From positions 56,050-76,049 of the IMG/VR virus record IMGVR_UViG_3300034019_001883: DNA of 20,000 bases; one strand, given 5' to 3'. Numbering within the stretch: the stretch's first letter is position 1; the number at the start of each line of letters is the position of its first letter. This document shows, one piece after another, positions 9,117 through 16,821 of the stretch. Under the pieces are notes generated by a model. That model was not told where the DNA came from. It did no database searches and was given only the letters and a program-made list of their open reading frames with translations. Source of the stretch: an uncultured virus (IMG/VR IMGVR_UViG_3300034019_001883). Lineage: Duplodnaviria; Heunggongvirae; Uroviricota; Caudoviricetes. A program made the position numbers and the translations under genes.

Positions 9117-9387
9117 TAGTTTTCTCCTGACGATATTTTTCAACTTGCCTGAGGGTGTAGTCCAACGCCTCTTGGTGGGTGTAACCCCAGCTCATGCACT
9201 GCCCGTAACAAACCAGCGCTAGGGCATCCTCCTGATCCCACTGCCGCCGGCGGCCAGGCTGACCAGGTTCATAGCCCAGTTTTGCCATCCACCGGGATAG
9301 CGTGGAAGTAGGAATACTTCCACGACTCAAACTCTCTGCCAGCAAGGCTTTGAGTTCGGTGTAGGTGTAGGTGACGGTTACTTCCAT
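9025..9387 (-). CDS. MerR/excisionase-like winged-HTH DNA-binding protein (alternative GTG start 9408)
   Basis: 'YTYTELKALL...IPTSTLSRWMAKLGYEP...RRRQWDQEDALAL' matches the MerR-type HTH plus wing pattern. First gene after a sigma70-like promoter. Confidence 0.65.
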   Translation of the reverse strand: MEVTVTYTYTELKALLAESLSRGSIPTSTLSRWMAKLGYEPGQPGRRRQWDQEDALALVCYGQCMSWGYTHQEALDYTLRQVEKYRQEKTNGSKYRQAQPTPQSGGDCTQLYPVGSGCTQ

Positions 9388-9424
9388 GGAACTTCGTGGA
9401 ACTTCCACGCTCTAGGACTCTTGT

Positions 9425-9454
9425 ACTGTAGTTCCGCTATATCCTCCCTGTCAA
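9425..9454 (-). promoter_or_regulatory. Sigma70-like leftward promoter
   Basis: Minus strand TTGACA (9454-9449), 18 nt, TACAGT (9430-9425), upstream of the HTH gene. Confidence 0.6.
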
Positions 9455-9524
9455 CCCCCTATCTAGGGGTTAAGTAGGGAGAAAGCGCTAAAATGGGCGC
9501 ACTACCTCGATGGAGTAAAATCAG

Positions 9525-9773
9525 ATGTTCCCCATCACAGAACCGATGCCTGCTAGCAAGCGGAGACTGAAAGAAATCAAGATCAACGTCCCCGAGGATT
9601 TACTGGAAGACGCCCAGCGATTGTTTGAAGCGATCGGGGTTACTGATGGCGATGGCCACCGCGACGTATGGATGGATGGAGTCTATCGCCTTGCGGAACG
9701 GTACAACAAAATTTTAGTTAGCAGGAAATTACTTAGGGATTCTGTCAAGGCAGACGAAACTGGTGATAATTAA
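9525..9773 (+). CDS. Putative ribbon-helix-helix DNA-binding protein
   Basis: GGAG RBS. 'KEIKINVPEDLLEDAQRLFEAIG' fits the RHH strand-helix pattern. Confidence 0.55.
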   Translation: MFPITEPMPASKRRLKEIKINVPEDLLEDAQRLFEAIGVTDGDGHRDVWMDGVYRLAERYNKILVSRKLLRDSVKADETGDN

Positions 9774-9795
9774 TTCAGTACTTCTACTTACTTCC

Positions 9796-10149
9796 ATGGC
9801 ATTTTTACCACCGCCTCCATTAAGCGCGATCGCGCAACTGATAGCGGCTAACCTTGGCCCGCTTGTGCCCGCCGGCTGTGATATGCAGCTAAAGCGCCAC
9901 CCCAAAGAAGGATATGTAATTTACTTTTATGTAGCTAACGCTACCATCGGCGCTCTTATTGCAAATAATCTTTTATCTGTTATTGGTATTGCTAAAAACA
10001 TAATTCCCCTAACCTCTGTCGAAGTCAGGGGAGGGTTTGAGCTGAAGGTAGATGCAGCACGGCTAGAAAAGCTATACCCTGATGAGACGAAACTGGTGGA
10101 CGGAAGGATTGACCTTGCTCTTAGGGGCTGTGGTTTGCCTCCTTCCTGA
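9796..10149 (+). CDS. Hypothetical protein (AT-rich coding; ORF track start 9763)
   Basis: Open frame of 117 aa from ATG 9796, directly after the RHH gene. No family recognised. Confidence 0.55.
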   Translation: MAFLPPPPLSAIAQLIAANLGPLVPAGCDMQLKRHPKEGYVIYFYVANATIGALIANNLLSVIGIAKNIIPLTSVEVRGGFELKVDAARLEKLYPDETKLVDGRIDLALRGCGLPPS

Positions 10150-10465
10150 TGGTATGTCCGTAAACGTCCATCTCGCCAAGCAGCACTTTGGTCAGGTCAT
10201 CTATTGATGGACGAGCCGTGCTTTCAAAAAAGGTAAATTCCGGCACCCTCGATAATGCCACTAGCACAATCCAGGCCGGAGTTTTTGCCAACCGTCCCCC
10301 ACGGTACAGAATGTCCTTGCTTAGCGGGATGCCAGAGCGATCGCTTATCCACTGGGTAAAATCTGTCCAGGGTAAATTGTCGCGTTTTGCTCTTAAAGCA
10401 TCGACTAACCGCTTAAAGTTGCGGTTGCCCTCATCCGTCACGTAGCTTCTTCGTTCATCAGCCAT
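10121..10465 (-). CDS. Putative XRE/CI-like HTH repressor
   Basis: 'FKRLVDALRAKRDNLPWTDFTQWISDRSGIPLSKDILYR...TPAWIVLVALSR' follows the XRE helix layout. Divergent from the replication arm, like cI. Confidence 0.55.
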   Translation of the reverse strand: MADERRSYVTDEGNRNFKRLVDALRAKRDNLPWTDFTQWISDRSGIPLSKDILYRGGRLAKTPAWIVLVALSRVPEFTFFESTARPSIDDLTKVLLGEMDVYGHTIRKEANHSP

Positions 10466-10516
10466 TTTCAACTACCTACAAGTAACACCCGGTCTATCGC
10501 AATTCTAAACCCCAGT

Positions 10517-10553
10517 TGCAAAAATGTGAAAACTAGCACATTTGCACTACAAT
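10517..10553 (+). promoter_or_regulatory. Operator-like inverted repeat over a candidate rightward promoter
   Basis: AAATGTG-N8-CACATTT (10522-10543) with TGCA on both sides, followed by TACAAT at 10548-10553, in the divergent intergenic region. Confidence 0.5.
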
Positions 10554-10580
10554 GAGGCGCAGTTAGTTGTAGGTGATGAT

Positions 10581-10940
10581 ATGGCCGAGTACAGACGGAT
10601 TGCATTGCCCCGGCGCTATACCCGGGTAGTAATGGGCGCTGCCGCCCTAAAGAACATGAAGCCGATCGCTTACCAGGAGAAAATCCTGGTGGCAGCGGCA
10701 AAGAAGGTGATTGAAGCGGGGCCGGACGGTAAAGGATTTAAGGCGATCGCCCGCAAGCCCGGCGAGCCGAATTTAGCCTTAATCTTTACCAAGGAAGGCT
10801 ACGATACAATCAGGGCAGCCGTTCAGATCGAGGGGTTGAACCCTCCACAATTTGCCGTGAAGCATTTATTGCCCAGGGCGTTCAAGGACATTGAAGCTGG
10901 CTTCAGAGCCATTAAGGCTACCTACGACGGAGCAGCGTAA
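10581..10940 (+). CDS. Putative DNA-binding regulator in the cro position (possibly tandem RHH-like)
   Basis: AGGTGA RBS before ATG 10581. Two similar halves (RRIALPRRYTRVVMGAAALKNMKP and NLALIFTKEGYDTIRAAVQIEGLNP). Confidence 0.55.
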   Translation: MAEYRRIALPRRYTRVVMGAAALKNMKPIAYQEKILVAAAKKVIEAGPDGKGFKAIARKPGEPNLALIFTKEGYDTIRAAVQIEGLNPPQFAVKHLLPRAFKDIEAGFRAIKATYDGAA

Positions 10941-10942
10941 TA

Positions 10943-10977
10943 AAAAAGGCGATCGCCGGTTATGCGATCGCCTTTTT
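10943..10977. terminator. Intrinsic (possibly bidirectional) terminator built from two HIP1 sites
   Basis: AAAAAGGCGATCGC-cggttat-GCGATCGCCTTTTT directly after the stop codon at 10940. Confidence 0.75.
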
Positions 10978-11080
10978 GTTGTTTATTGCCAATAACCACT
11001 AGTAAAGGCAATAGAGGTTTAATCGATGAGAGTAACACCTACCAGAGTATTACCAACAGAATCATTGAGGTAATTTTACC

Positions 11081-11602
11081 ATGAAATACTTTAAGCACGA
11101 TCTTTTGTCCCGCGAAGATGACAAAATTTGGGAACTCATTGACAGCCACGGGATGCAGGGGTATGGCATCTGGTGGGTCATCCTAGAAGAGCTTTATAAG
11201 GCAGAATCCACCGGCTTCCAAGTAGAAGCTACCGACATCTGGCTAAAGCGCCTTAGCCGCCAGCTAGGGTTAAGCGATTGGCTGACCATGGTGCGAACCC
11301 TCGATAGGTTTGCCGAACTAAACCTGATTGATGGGCAACTGTGGCGCGATCGCGTGATCTATGCCCACGGCATCGCCAAGCTGCACAGGGACGGAGCGTA
11401 CAGGAGACACAGAGATGCTGTTTTCGAGCGCGATAGGTATTGCTGTGTTTACTGCAGCGCGACGGAGGATTTAACCCTTGACCATGTGATTCCCTACAGC
11501 AAGGGTGGTTCTGATGAGCCAGACAATTTGGCCACCTGCTGCCGCTCCTGCAACAGCAGAAAACACGCTCGCACACCACAAGAATGGCTAGGAGGTCTGT
11601 AA
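11081..11602 (+). CDS. HNH endonuclease fused to a Lin1244/Lin1753 (DUF4373)-like replication-initiator N-terminal domain
   Basis: N-terminal 'YFKHD...DDKI...HGMQGYGIWWVILEELY'. C-terminal 'VFERDRYCCVYC...LTLDHVIPYSKGGSDEPDNLATCCRSCNSRK' is a canonical McrA-type HNH. GAGG RBS. Confidence 0.85.
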   Translation: MKYFKHDLLSREDDKIWELIDSHGMQGYGIWWVILEELYKAESTGFQVEATDIWLKRLSRQLGLSDWLTMVRTLDRFAELNLIDGQLWRDRVIYAHGIAKLHRDGAYRRHRDAVFERDRYCCVYCSATEDLTLDHVIPYSKGGSDEPDNLATCCRSCNSRKHARTPQEWLGGL

Positions 11603-11603
11603 C

Positions 11604-12791
11604 ATGCAATGGTTTCGTTTTTACAGTGAATTTAGATGCGACCCCAAGTTGTCATTGATGACCCCTCACCACCAGTGGGCTTTCATCATCCTCCTATGCC
11701 TTGCTTCAGACAATTCAGAACGAGGAAGGATTGACAACCTGACCGACGAAGAAATTGCCTACCAAATCAGAATGCCGGTCGAGGACTGGCAAACCTTAAA
11801 AGCTAAATTCAAAGTAAAAGGCATGATCGATTGGGATGAGACGGGAATCAAGATCACCCATTGGGCAAGACGCCAGTTTGAATCTGACAACTCCACCGAA
11901 AGAGTGCGAAAGCACCGTGAACAAAAGCGTTTAGCTACAGCTACGACAAAAGAAACGGGAGTGAAACGTTTCAGTAACGTTAATGCAACGCCCCCAGATA
12001 CAGATACAGATCCAGATTCAGATCCGGAGATCGTTAAAAATCTATTAGAAAGTTCTATACCTAAGTGTCCGGAACCGAACATCGAGCCGCTTTGTAGCGC
12101 TGACGCGCTACGCGATCGCGCCCCCATCTCAAAAACCAAAGAACCCGAACCGGCTAAACAGGAAACAGCCGATACCTTTCCCCCTCTGGATAGCCAGGTA
12201 GAAAAACCTGGGGCTCAACCAAAACCCCGGACAAGAAAAAAATCTGGCGGCAGCGCGCGAAAAATTAGCACACCCAAAAACCATCCCGAGCAGTTTGATG
12301 CTGCATGGGATTCCTACCGCAAGTTTTGCATAGCCGTAGAGAGCACTGTCGCCCTCTCTCAGGCGCGCAAAGAAGCTGTTAGGGAGTGGGACAAGCTAAT
12401 AGAGGGCGGAGACGCCTTAGAGGCGATTCTGGACGGGCTGAACTTCTACATGGAGGTAAAGCGGGTTGAGCATCAACGCAAAGGGGAAGCGTTTGGCATT
12501 TCCCACTTTTGCCGGTTTCTGTCTAACCGCAAATGGGAGGCCGCGATCGCCTACCGCGAGCAAAAGCGATCGCAGCCCGCCCCCGCCAAAGACATCACTG
12601 CCAACGTCCACGCGGACCTGCAGGACATCACCGTCCTGCTACGTCAATTAGGCCGCTCCGCTGTGCTGCCCCCCGAATGGCAGGAACGCACCGGCAAAAC
12701 CTTTACCCGCCAGTTGGACGCCGTTGAAAGCGACGACTATGTCGCCTACCTCAAGGGCGAACTAAAGCGTCTTGCTGTGGCCAATCCGTAG
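11604..12791 (+). CDS. Phage replication initiator / replisome organiser
   Basis: N-terminal 'WFRFYSEFRCDPKL...AFIILLCLA...IKITHWARRQ...STERVRKHRE' (replisome-organiser N-domain type), DTDTD linker, and C-terminal 'FDAAWDSY...KEAVREWDKL...HFCRFLSNRKWE' domain. Confidence 0.8.
   Translation: MQWFRFYSEFRCDPKLSLMTPHHQWAFIILLCLASDNSERGRIDNLTDEEIAYQIRMPVEDWQTLKAKFKVKGMIDWDETGIKITHWARRQFESDNSTERVRKHREQKRLATATTKETGVKRFSNVNATPPDTDTDPDSDPEIVKNLLESSIPKCPEPNIEPLCSADALRDRAPISKTKEPEPAKQETADTFPPLDSQVEKPGAQPKPRTRKKSGGSARKISTPKNHPEQFDAAWDSYRKFCIAVESTVALSQARKEAVREWDKLIEGGDALEAILDGLNFYMEVKRVEHQRKGEAFGISHFCRFLSNRKWEAAIAYREQKRSQPAPAKDITANVHADLQDITVLLRQLGRSAVLPPEWQERTGKTFTRQLDAVESDDYVAYLKGELKRLAVANP
11952..12026 (+). 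other. Candidate replication origin/iteron region inside the initiator gene
   Basis: Clustered GAAACG, GAAACGTTTC, TAACGTTA and CAACG motifs, followed by five CAGATH hexamers. Lambdoid-type origins lie in the linker of the initiator gene. Confidence 0.4.
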
Positions 12792-12862
12792 CAAATTTAA
12801 TATAACTTTGCTGTTGCATATTTGCTTTATGCAGCGTATGGTTGTGTTAGGAGGTGATACCG

Positions 12863-13387
12863 ATGAACCATAATCCGTTGGAGCCCGAAGAGCTGCGATC
12901 GCTGATGGCGACGCTGTGCGAAGCTCAGGGCTGGCGCCCTATTAGTGATGAGCTTTTGCAGCAATTTTGGCGGGAGGTTAAGGATATTTCTGGGCATGAG
13001 GTTATCCGCATGTTCGGGAACTCTATGGCAACGCCATACCTGAAGCCTGCCATGTTGCTAGATGGGCTTAAGCAAGAACGACGCCGACTGCTTGAGGAGC
13101 AGGTGGCTAGTGTCCCTAGTGGGCACAAACGTTACGCGGACATGTCGCCTAAAGAGCAGGCTGCCTATATGGCGGCTCAAAAGCTGGCAAGGGACAAGCT
13201 TAAGGCTGATTTGGCTAGTTTGTACCAACAAGGCAAAATCCCTACTACTCGTGTAGGAGGGTTTAGCAGCCTTGCTGACGTATTAGTCCGCAGTGGTCCT
13301 CACCGTGGCGAAAGCCTGATGGACGAAGTTATCGCGGAGGTAGAAGCCCGCGATCGCCTGGAGGCCGCTGGTGGATCGTTTAGATGA
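12863..13387 (+). CDS. Putative helicase loader/loader-inhibitor-type replication protein
   Basis: AGGAGG RBS before ATG 12863. Follows the initiator gene. The helical N-terminus 'LLQQFWREVKDISGHEV...YLKPAMLL' loosely resembles G39P/lambda-P-position proteins; the function call is mostly positional. Confidence 0.45.
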   Translation: MNHNPLEPEELRSLMATLCEAQGWRPISDELLQQFWREVKDISGHEVIRMFGNSMATPYLKPAMLLDGLKQERRRLLEEQVASVPSGHKRYADMSPKEQAAYMAAQKLARDKLKADLASLYQQGKIPTTRVGGFSSLADVLVRSGPHRGESLMDEVIAEVEARDRLEAAGGSFR

Positions 13388-13637
13388 TTTTTTGGCACGT
13401 ATCCAGTGCAATTTTAAGATGGCAACCCAGTTGCTAAATCAGGATGCTGCCAAAGTCGAGGGTTACATCTATCGGGTAGCCGTGCGCTCCATTGTCCTTG
13501 AGGACGGTGTAAGCGAGGAAGAAGCTATCCAACGCCTGCAGGGTACATCCCCCATGGGTCAACTGTCGCTGATGTCCTACGAGGCATTAGAGGCACTTGA
13601 CCGCAAATTTCAATCCGTTGTGGAGAGTTTTTTATGA
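13371..13637 (+). CDS. Hypothetical protein
   Basis: GGAGG RBS before a GTG start. ATGA overlap with the next gene. Confidence 0.65.
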   Translation: MDRLDDFLARIQCNFKMATQLLNQDAAKVEGYIYRVAVRSIVLEDGVSEEEAIQRLQGTSPMGQLSLMSYEALEALDRKFQSVVESFL

Positions 13638-14155
13638 TTACACTTACTCCAGATAAATTGGCCCAAGTGGCCACCCATGCTGCTTTTAAGGGCGTACCAG
13701 ATGATTGCTTAGAGGCGATCGCTGCCCTGGCCGCCCAAGAAGTACAACAAGCCCAGCGCCCTTTAACCAAGGTGTTGGTGCGGAAGATTTTGGCTGATTA
13801 TCAAGCAGGCTATGACTACGGCAGGCTTCAAAATACCTATGCCGATTACGGCTACTTTGGTTATTTCGCTCCCCTGGGGCGGACAGTAGCCACCTACCGA
13901 TTTAAGTTTGAGTGCATCGGCTATACCCGCTTATTCCGCACCTTGGCGGAGGCGGACCAATATTTTATTGACACCGTCAGCCGTCAACCCATGGCAGTTG
14001 GCAAGGGTTGCCCCACCTGTGTCTACTCTGGTGACGGCAACGCTGAGGGGCGATTCTGTGCTTCTCAACGGTGTACGGTGCCTTACCGACAGCTATGGCA
14101 GGCTCACCTGTCTTGCAATGGCTACAAGCCCTTCCAGGCGGAGGTGACGGCATGA
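13634..14155 (+). CDS. Hypothetical protein with C-terminal Cys-rich (putative Zn-binding) motif
   Basis: CPTC...FCASQRC...HLSC motif. ATGA coupling at both ends. Confidence 0.7.
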   Translation: MITLTPDKLAQVATHAAFKGVPDDCLEAIAALAAQEVQQAQRPLTKVLVRKILADYQAGYDYGRLQNTYADYGYFGYFAPLGRTVATYRFKFECIGYTRLFRTLAEADQYFIDTVSRQPMAVGKGCPTCVYSGDGNAEGRFCASQRCTVPYRQLWQAHLSCNGYKPFQAEVTA

Positions 14156-14373
14156 ATGAACCGATTTCTATGGTGGCAGAAATTCAACCACCAGTGGCCG
14201 CCGCGATCGCGGCCTACCTCGATAGCCATCGGGAGTGGGACTGCGATCGCATCGTCAACGCAGCTCTCGCTATGTTTTTGTTGCAGGGTAGCAATTCAGG
14301 TGATCCTGAGTTGGCCCGGGTGTATTTGCAGGCTGTTTTTGGGGATGTGTTTCAGGTGGAGGAACAGCCATGA
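14152..14373 (+). CDS. DUF2811-family protein
   Basis: 'ISMVAEI...YLDSHREWDCDRIVNAALAMFLLQ...ARVYLQAVF' matches the cyanobacterial DUF2811 pattern. True start is ATG 14152 after GGAGG. Confidence 0.8.
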   Translation: MNEPISMVAEIQPPVAAAIAAYLDSHREWDCDRIVNAALAMFLLQGSNSGDPELARVYLQAVFGDVFQVEEQP

Positions 14374-14537
14374 GCCCCCAGGTAAGACAAAACCTTGAGT
14401 TAGCGATCGCGCTAACCAAGCAGGAAAAACAAGTTGCCTATCAACTTGCCGAGGCGGTGTTAAAAATGCCGGATGCACCCCCTAAAGTGCGACAACTGGC
14501 GGAGAAGTTATTGAGGCCGTTGAAAGAGGCGGCATAG
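14370..14537 (+). CDS. 55-aa hypothetical protein (not in ORF track)
   Basis: GGAGG RBS and ATGA overlap. Translates as MSPQVRQNLELAIALTKQEKQVAYQLAEAVLKMPDAPPKVRQLAEKLLRPLKEAA. Confidence 0.65.
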   Translation: MSPQVRQNLELAIALTKQEKQVAYQLAEAVLKMPDAPPKVRQLAEKLLRPLKEAA

Positions 14538-14555
14538 ACAGGTGACTAACATTAA

Positions 14556-14584
14556 GCGCCATGGGGATCCCGTGGCGTTTTGTT
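14556..14584 (+). terminator. Intrinsic terminator ending the replication operon
   Basis: GCGCCATGGG-gat-CCCGTGGCGT followed by TTTGTT. Confidence 0.6.
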
Positions 14585-14634
14585 AATTATTTGTGACATC
14601 CGATAGACTAAGGCTATGCACTCTCGTTAGAGAG

Positions 14635-15498
14635 ATGGACATTGACGTAAAGCGCTTATCAGATGAACTTCTCGAAATCCGGATGCGCTACACCGGGGAG
14701 GAGACCCAGCACTTTTTGTTAGCCTCAGACATTCACCTGGATAACCCAAAGTGCGATCGCAAGCTATTCTTCTCTCACCTCGATAAAATGAAGGCTCTCG
14801 GTGGTAGAGCCTTATTTTTTGGCGACGTGCTATGCCTGATGCAGGGCAAACGCGACAAACGCGGCAGCAAGTCCAGCATCCGCCCCGAGCACCAGGGGGC
14901 CAATTATTTTGACTTGGTATTCAAAGAGTCTGCCGATATTCTTGGCCCCTACGGCAAAGAAATTTTGATGATGGGCAATGGCAACCACGAAACTGCCATT
15001 ATCAACAATCAAGAGGTGGACCCACTCGCTAACGTAGTGCAGCAGATGCGCGATCGCCATAAGGCGGTTACTGAGCACATGGGTTACCAGGGCTGGGTGC
15101 GCTTTGTGTTTTACAAGCAACGGGGCAATGGCGTTGAAAAGGTACGACGCTGCACCCTGTTTTTTCACCATGGCGCCTGGGGCGGCATTGTCACCAAAGG
15201 CACCATGGGCGGCGGTCGCTATGCCAGCATCGCCCCGGATGCCGATATTATCGTCAATGGCCATAACCATGAACGCTCTATTGTTAGTCACCCCTGCTAT
15301 CGTTTGGCGGAGACCGGCAAGGTAAAGGTAACCCCGCGATACCATGTTCAGACCGGCACCTACAAAGAAGAATTTGAGGGCGGCAACGGCTGGGCGGTGG
15401 AGCGCATTGTCATGCCGAAAAGCCTCGGCGGCGTCTGGCTGAAGCTTACCCCCGATCGCCAGTCAGGCGTTACCGTATCGCTAGAGCCCGCTGTCTGA
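14635..15498 (+). CDS. Calcineurin-like metallophosphoesterase
   Basis: All five motifs present: SDIH, GD, GNHE, HHG, GHNH. Likely start ATG 14635. Confidence 0.88.
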   Translation: MDIDVKRLSDELLEIRMRYTGEETQHFLLASDIHLDNPKCDRKLFFSHLDKMKALGGRALFFGDVLCLMQGKRDKRGSKSSIRPEHQGANYFDLVFKESADILGPYGKEILMMGNGNHETAIINNQEVDPLANVVQQMRDRHKAVTEHMGYQGWVRFVFYKQRGNGVEKVRRCTLFFHHGAWGGIVTKGTMGGGRYASIAPDADIIVNGHNHERSIVSHPCYRLAETGKVKVTPRYHVQTGTYKEEFEGGNGWAVERIVMPKSLGGVWLKLTPDRQSGVTVSLEPAV

Positions 15499-16821
15499 CG
15501 GTTGCTTATTGGCAATAAGCTTTAACCGCACCTCCACCACTTCATTCCCCTGCAAGATCACTCGCTCCACCAATTCCGCGTAAATTTCCCGGCGCCTTAC
15601 CACCGGCAATAAGTTTAGGTCCGCCTGCGCGATCGCCATTGTCTTTTCCCGTAGCTCTTGCTGGTTAGCACTGGCATAGCTTGCCATGCCCGCCAAGGCT
15701 TGTAGCTCCGCCTCGATTTCAGCTATCTCTTCGGCGATCGCCGCCCGGTGGGCCAAAGGTCGAAGTGCTTCTAGTTCTCGCTCCAGCGCGATCGCCTGCG
15801 GGTTCACCGTCGAGGGCTGTAGCATATCCGCCGCGATCGCCTCGGCGGCCTCTACCAACGCCTCCTGAATGGCTGCTTCAATGGCATCCTGGCGGCAAGA
15901 ACGGGTGTAGGAGCATTCCCGGTCATGGTAGTCAGCTTTGGCCGCACAGGCAAAATAGCGATGGCCCCGGCGGATAAGCGCACGGCACCGGCAGCCACAA
16001 ATACAGGACACAATAGGCGGCACCGCATGGATGCGTCCTTGATTGTTGCCGCGCAACTGACGGTTGAGGCTAATCAGGTATTCAATACGCTTGTACTCTT
16101 CTTCGGTGATCAGTGCTGGGTGGGTGTTGTAGCGCCACTCATCAGTTTTGGCATAGTGCAAATGCCCCCGTAGGGCAGCACTACGCAGCCACCACCGCCA
16201 ACCCGCTCGAGACTTATAAAACCCGTAGCGCCCCTCCATGTGGGCTGACAATGCCATCAGGTTGCCGTGCTCTAGGTAAAATTCTATCGCCGCCCTTGCC
16301 TTTGCCCACTCTGGCCCCGGCTCATAGCGGCTACCGTCTAGCGATCGCTGGTAGCCAAAGGGAGGCGGGCCACACATGGGGCGCCCCTGTCGCCTCATCT
16401 GGGCATAGGCGCGCTGGATGCGCTCGCCTAGTTCTACCGAATAGTAGTGGGCCATCAGCGACTTAACGCCAGTGGTGAGCAACCCTGAGGCGGTTTGTAG
16501 CGTGATCTCCTGGCCAGTGGTTAGCTCCTTCACCTGCACGCCCGCCGCCTCCAACTGAGCCAAGCTTTCCATCGAATAAACCGTATCCCGTGCCCACCGG
16601 GTCCACTCAATGACCCATACTGTAACTAAATGACGTTGACCACGGAGGTCCAATGCCCGTTCCACCATGCGCAAAAATTCAGGGCGATCGCGCCTGCGCC
16701 CTGACAAATTTTCAGCAAACAGTTCATCAAACTCAAGCTGTTGCTGAAATTGCTGCATCTGTAATTCCAGGCTTTGCTCTTCAGTCGATACCCGCCCGTA
16801 GCAAAGTTGATAGTGTGCCAT
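15481..16821 (-). CDS. Large serine recombinase (integrase; XisF-like)
   Basis: Catalytic YGRVSTEEQ, SGRRRDRPEF, PPFGY recombinase domain, Zn ribbon (CICGC...YFAC...C) and coiled coil. ATG 16821 preceded by GAGGGG. Confidence 0.93.
   Translation of the reverse strand: MAHYQLCYGRVSTEEQSLELQMQQFQQQLEFDELFAENLSGRRRDRPEFLRMVERALDLRGQRHLVTVWVIEWTRWARDTVYSMESLAQLEAAGVQVKELTTGQEITLQTASGLLTTGVKSLMAHYYSVELGERIQRAYAQMRRQGRPMCGPPPFGYQRSLDGSRYEPGPEWAKARAAIEFYLEHGNLMALSAHMEGRYGFYKSRAGWRWWLRSAALRGHLHYAKTDEWRYNTHPALITEEEYKRIEYLISLNRQLRGNNQGRIHAVPPIVSCICGCRCRALIRRGHRYFACAAKADYHDRECSYTRSCRQDAIEAAIQEALVEAAEAIAADMLQPSTVNPQAIALERELEALRPLAHRAAIAEEIAEIEAELQALAGMASYASANQQELREKTMAIAQADLNLLPVVRRREIYAELVERVILQGNEVVEVRLKLIANKQPSDSGL

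Noticed and set aside
11995..12026. CAGATH hexamer run as a phase-variable microsatellite
   Set aside because: It is imperfect, in frame, and encodes the DTDTD-type linker common in replisome organisers.
14830..15345. 171-aa antisense ORF
   Set aside because: It is the shadow of the metallophosphoesterase, which has all catalytic motifs.
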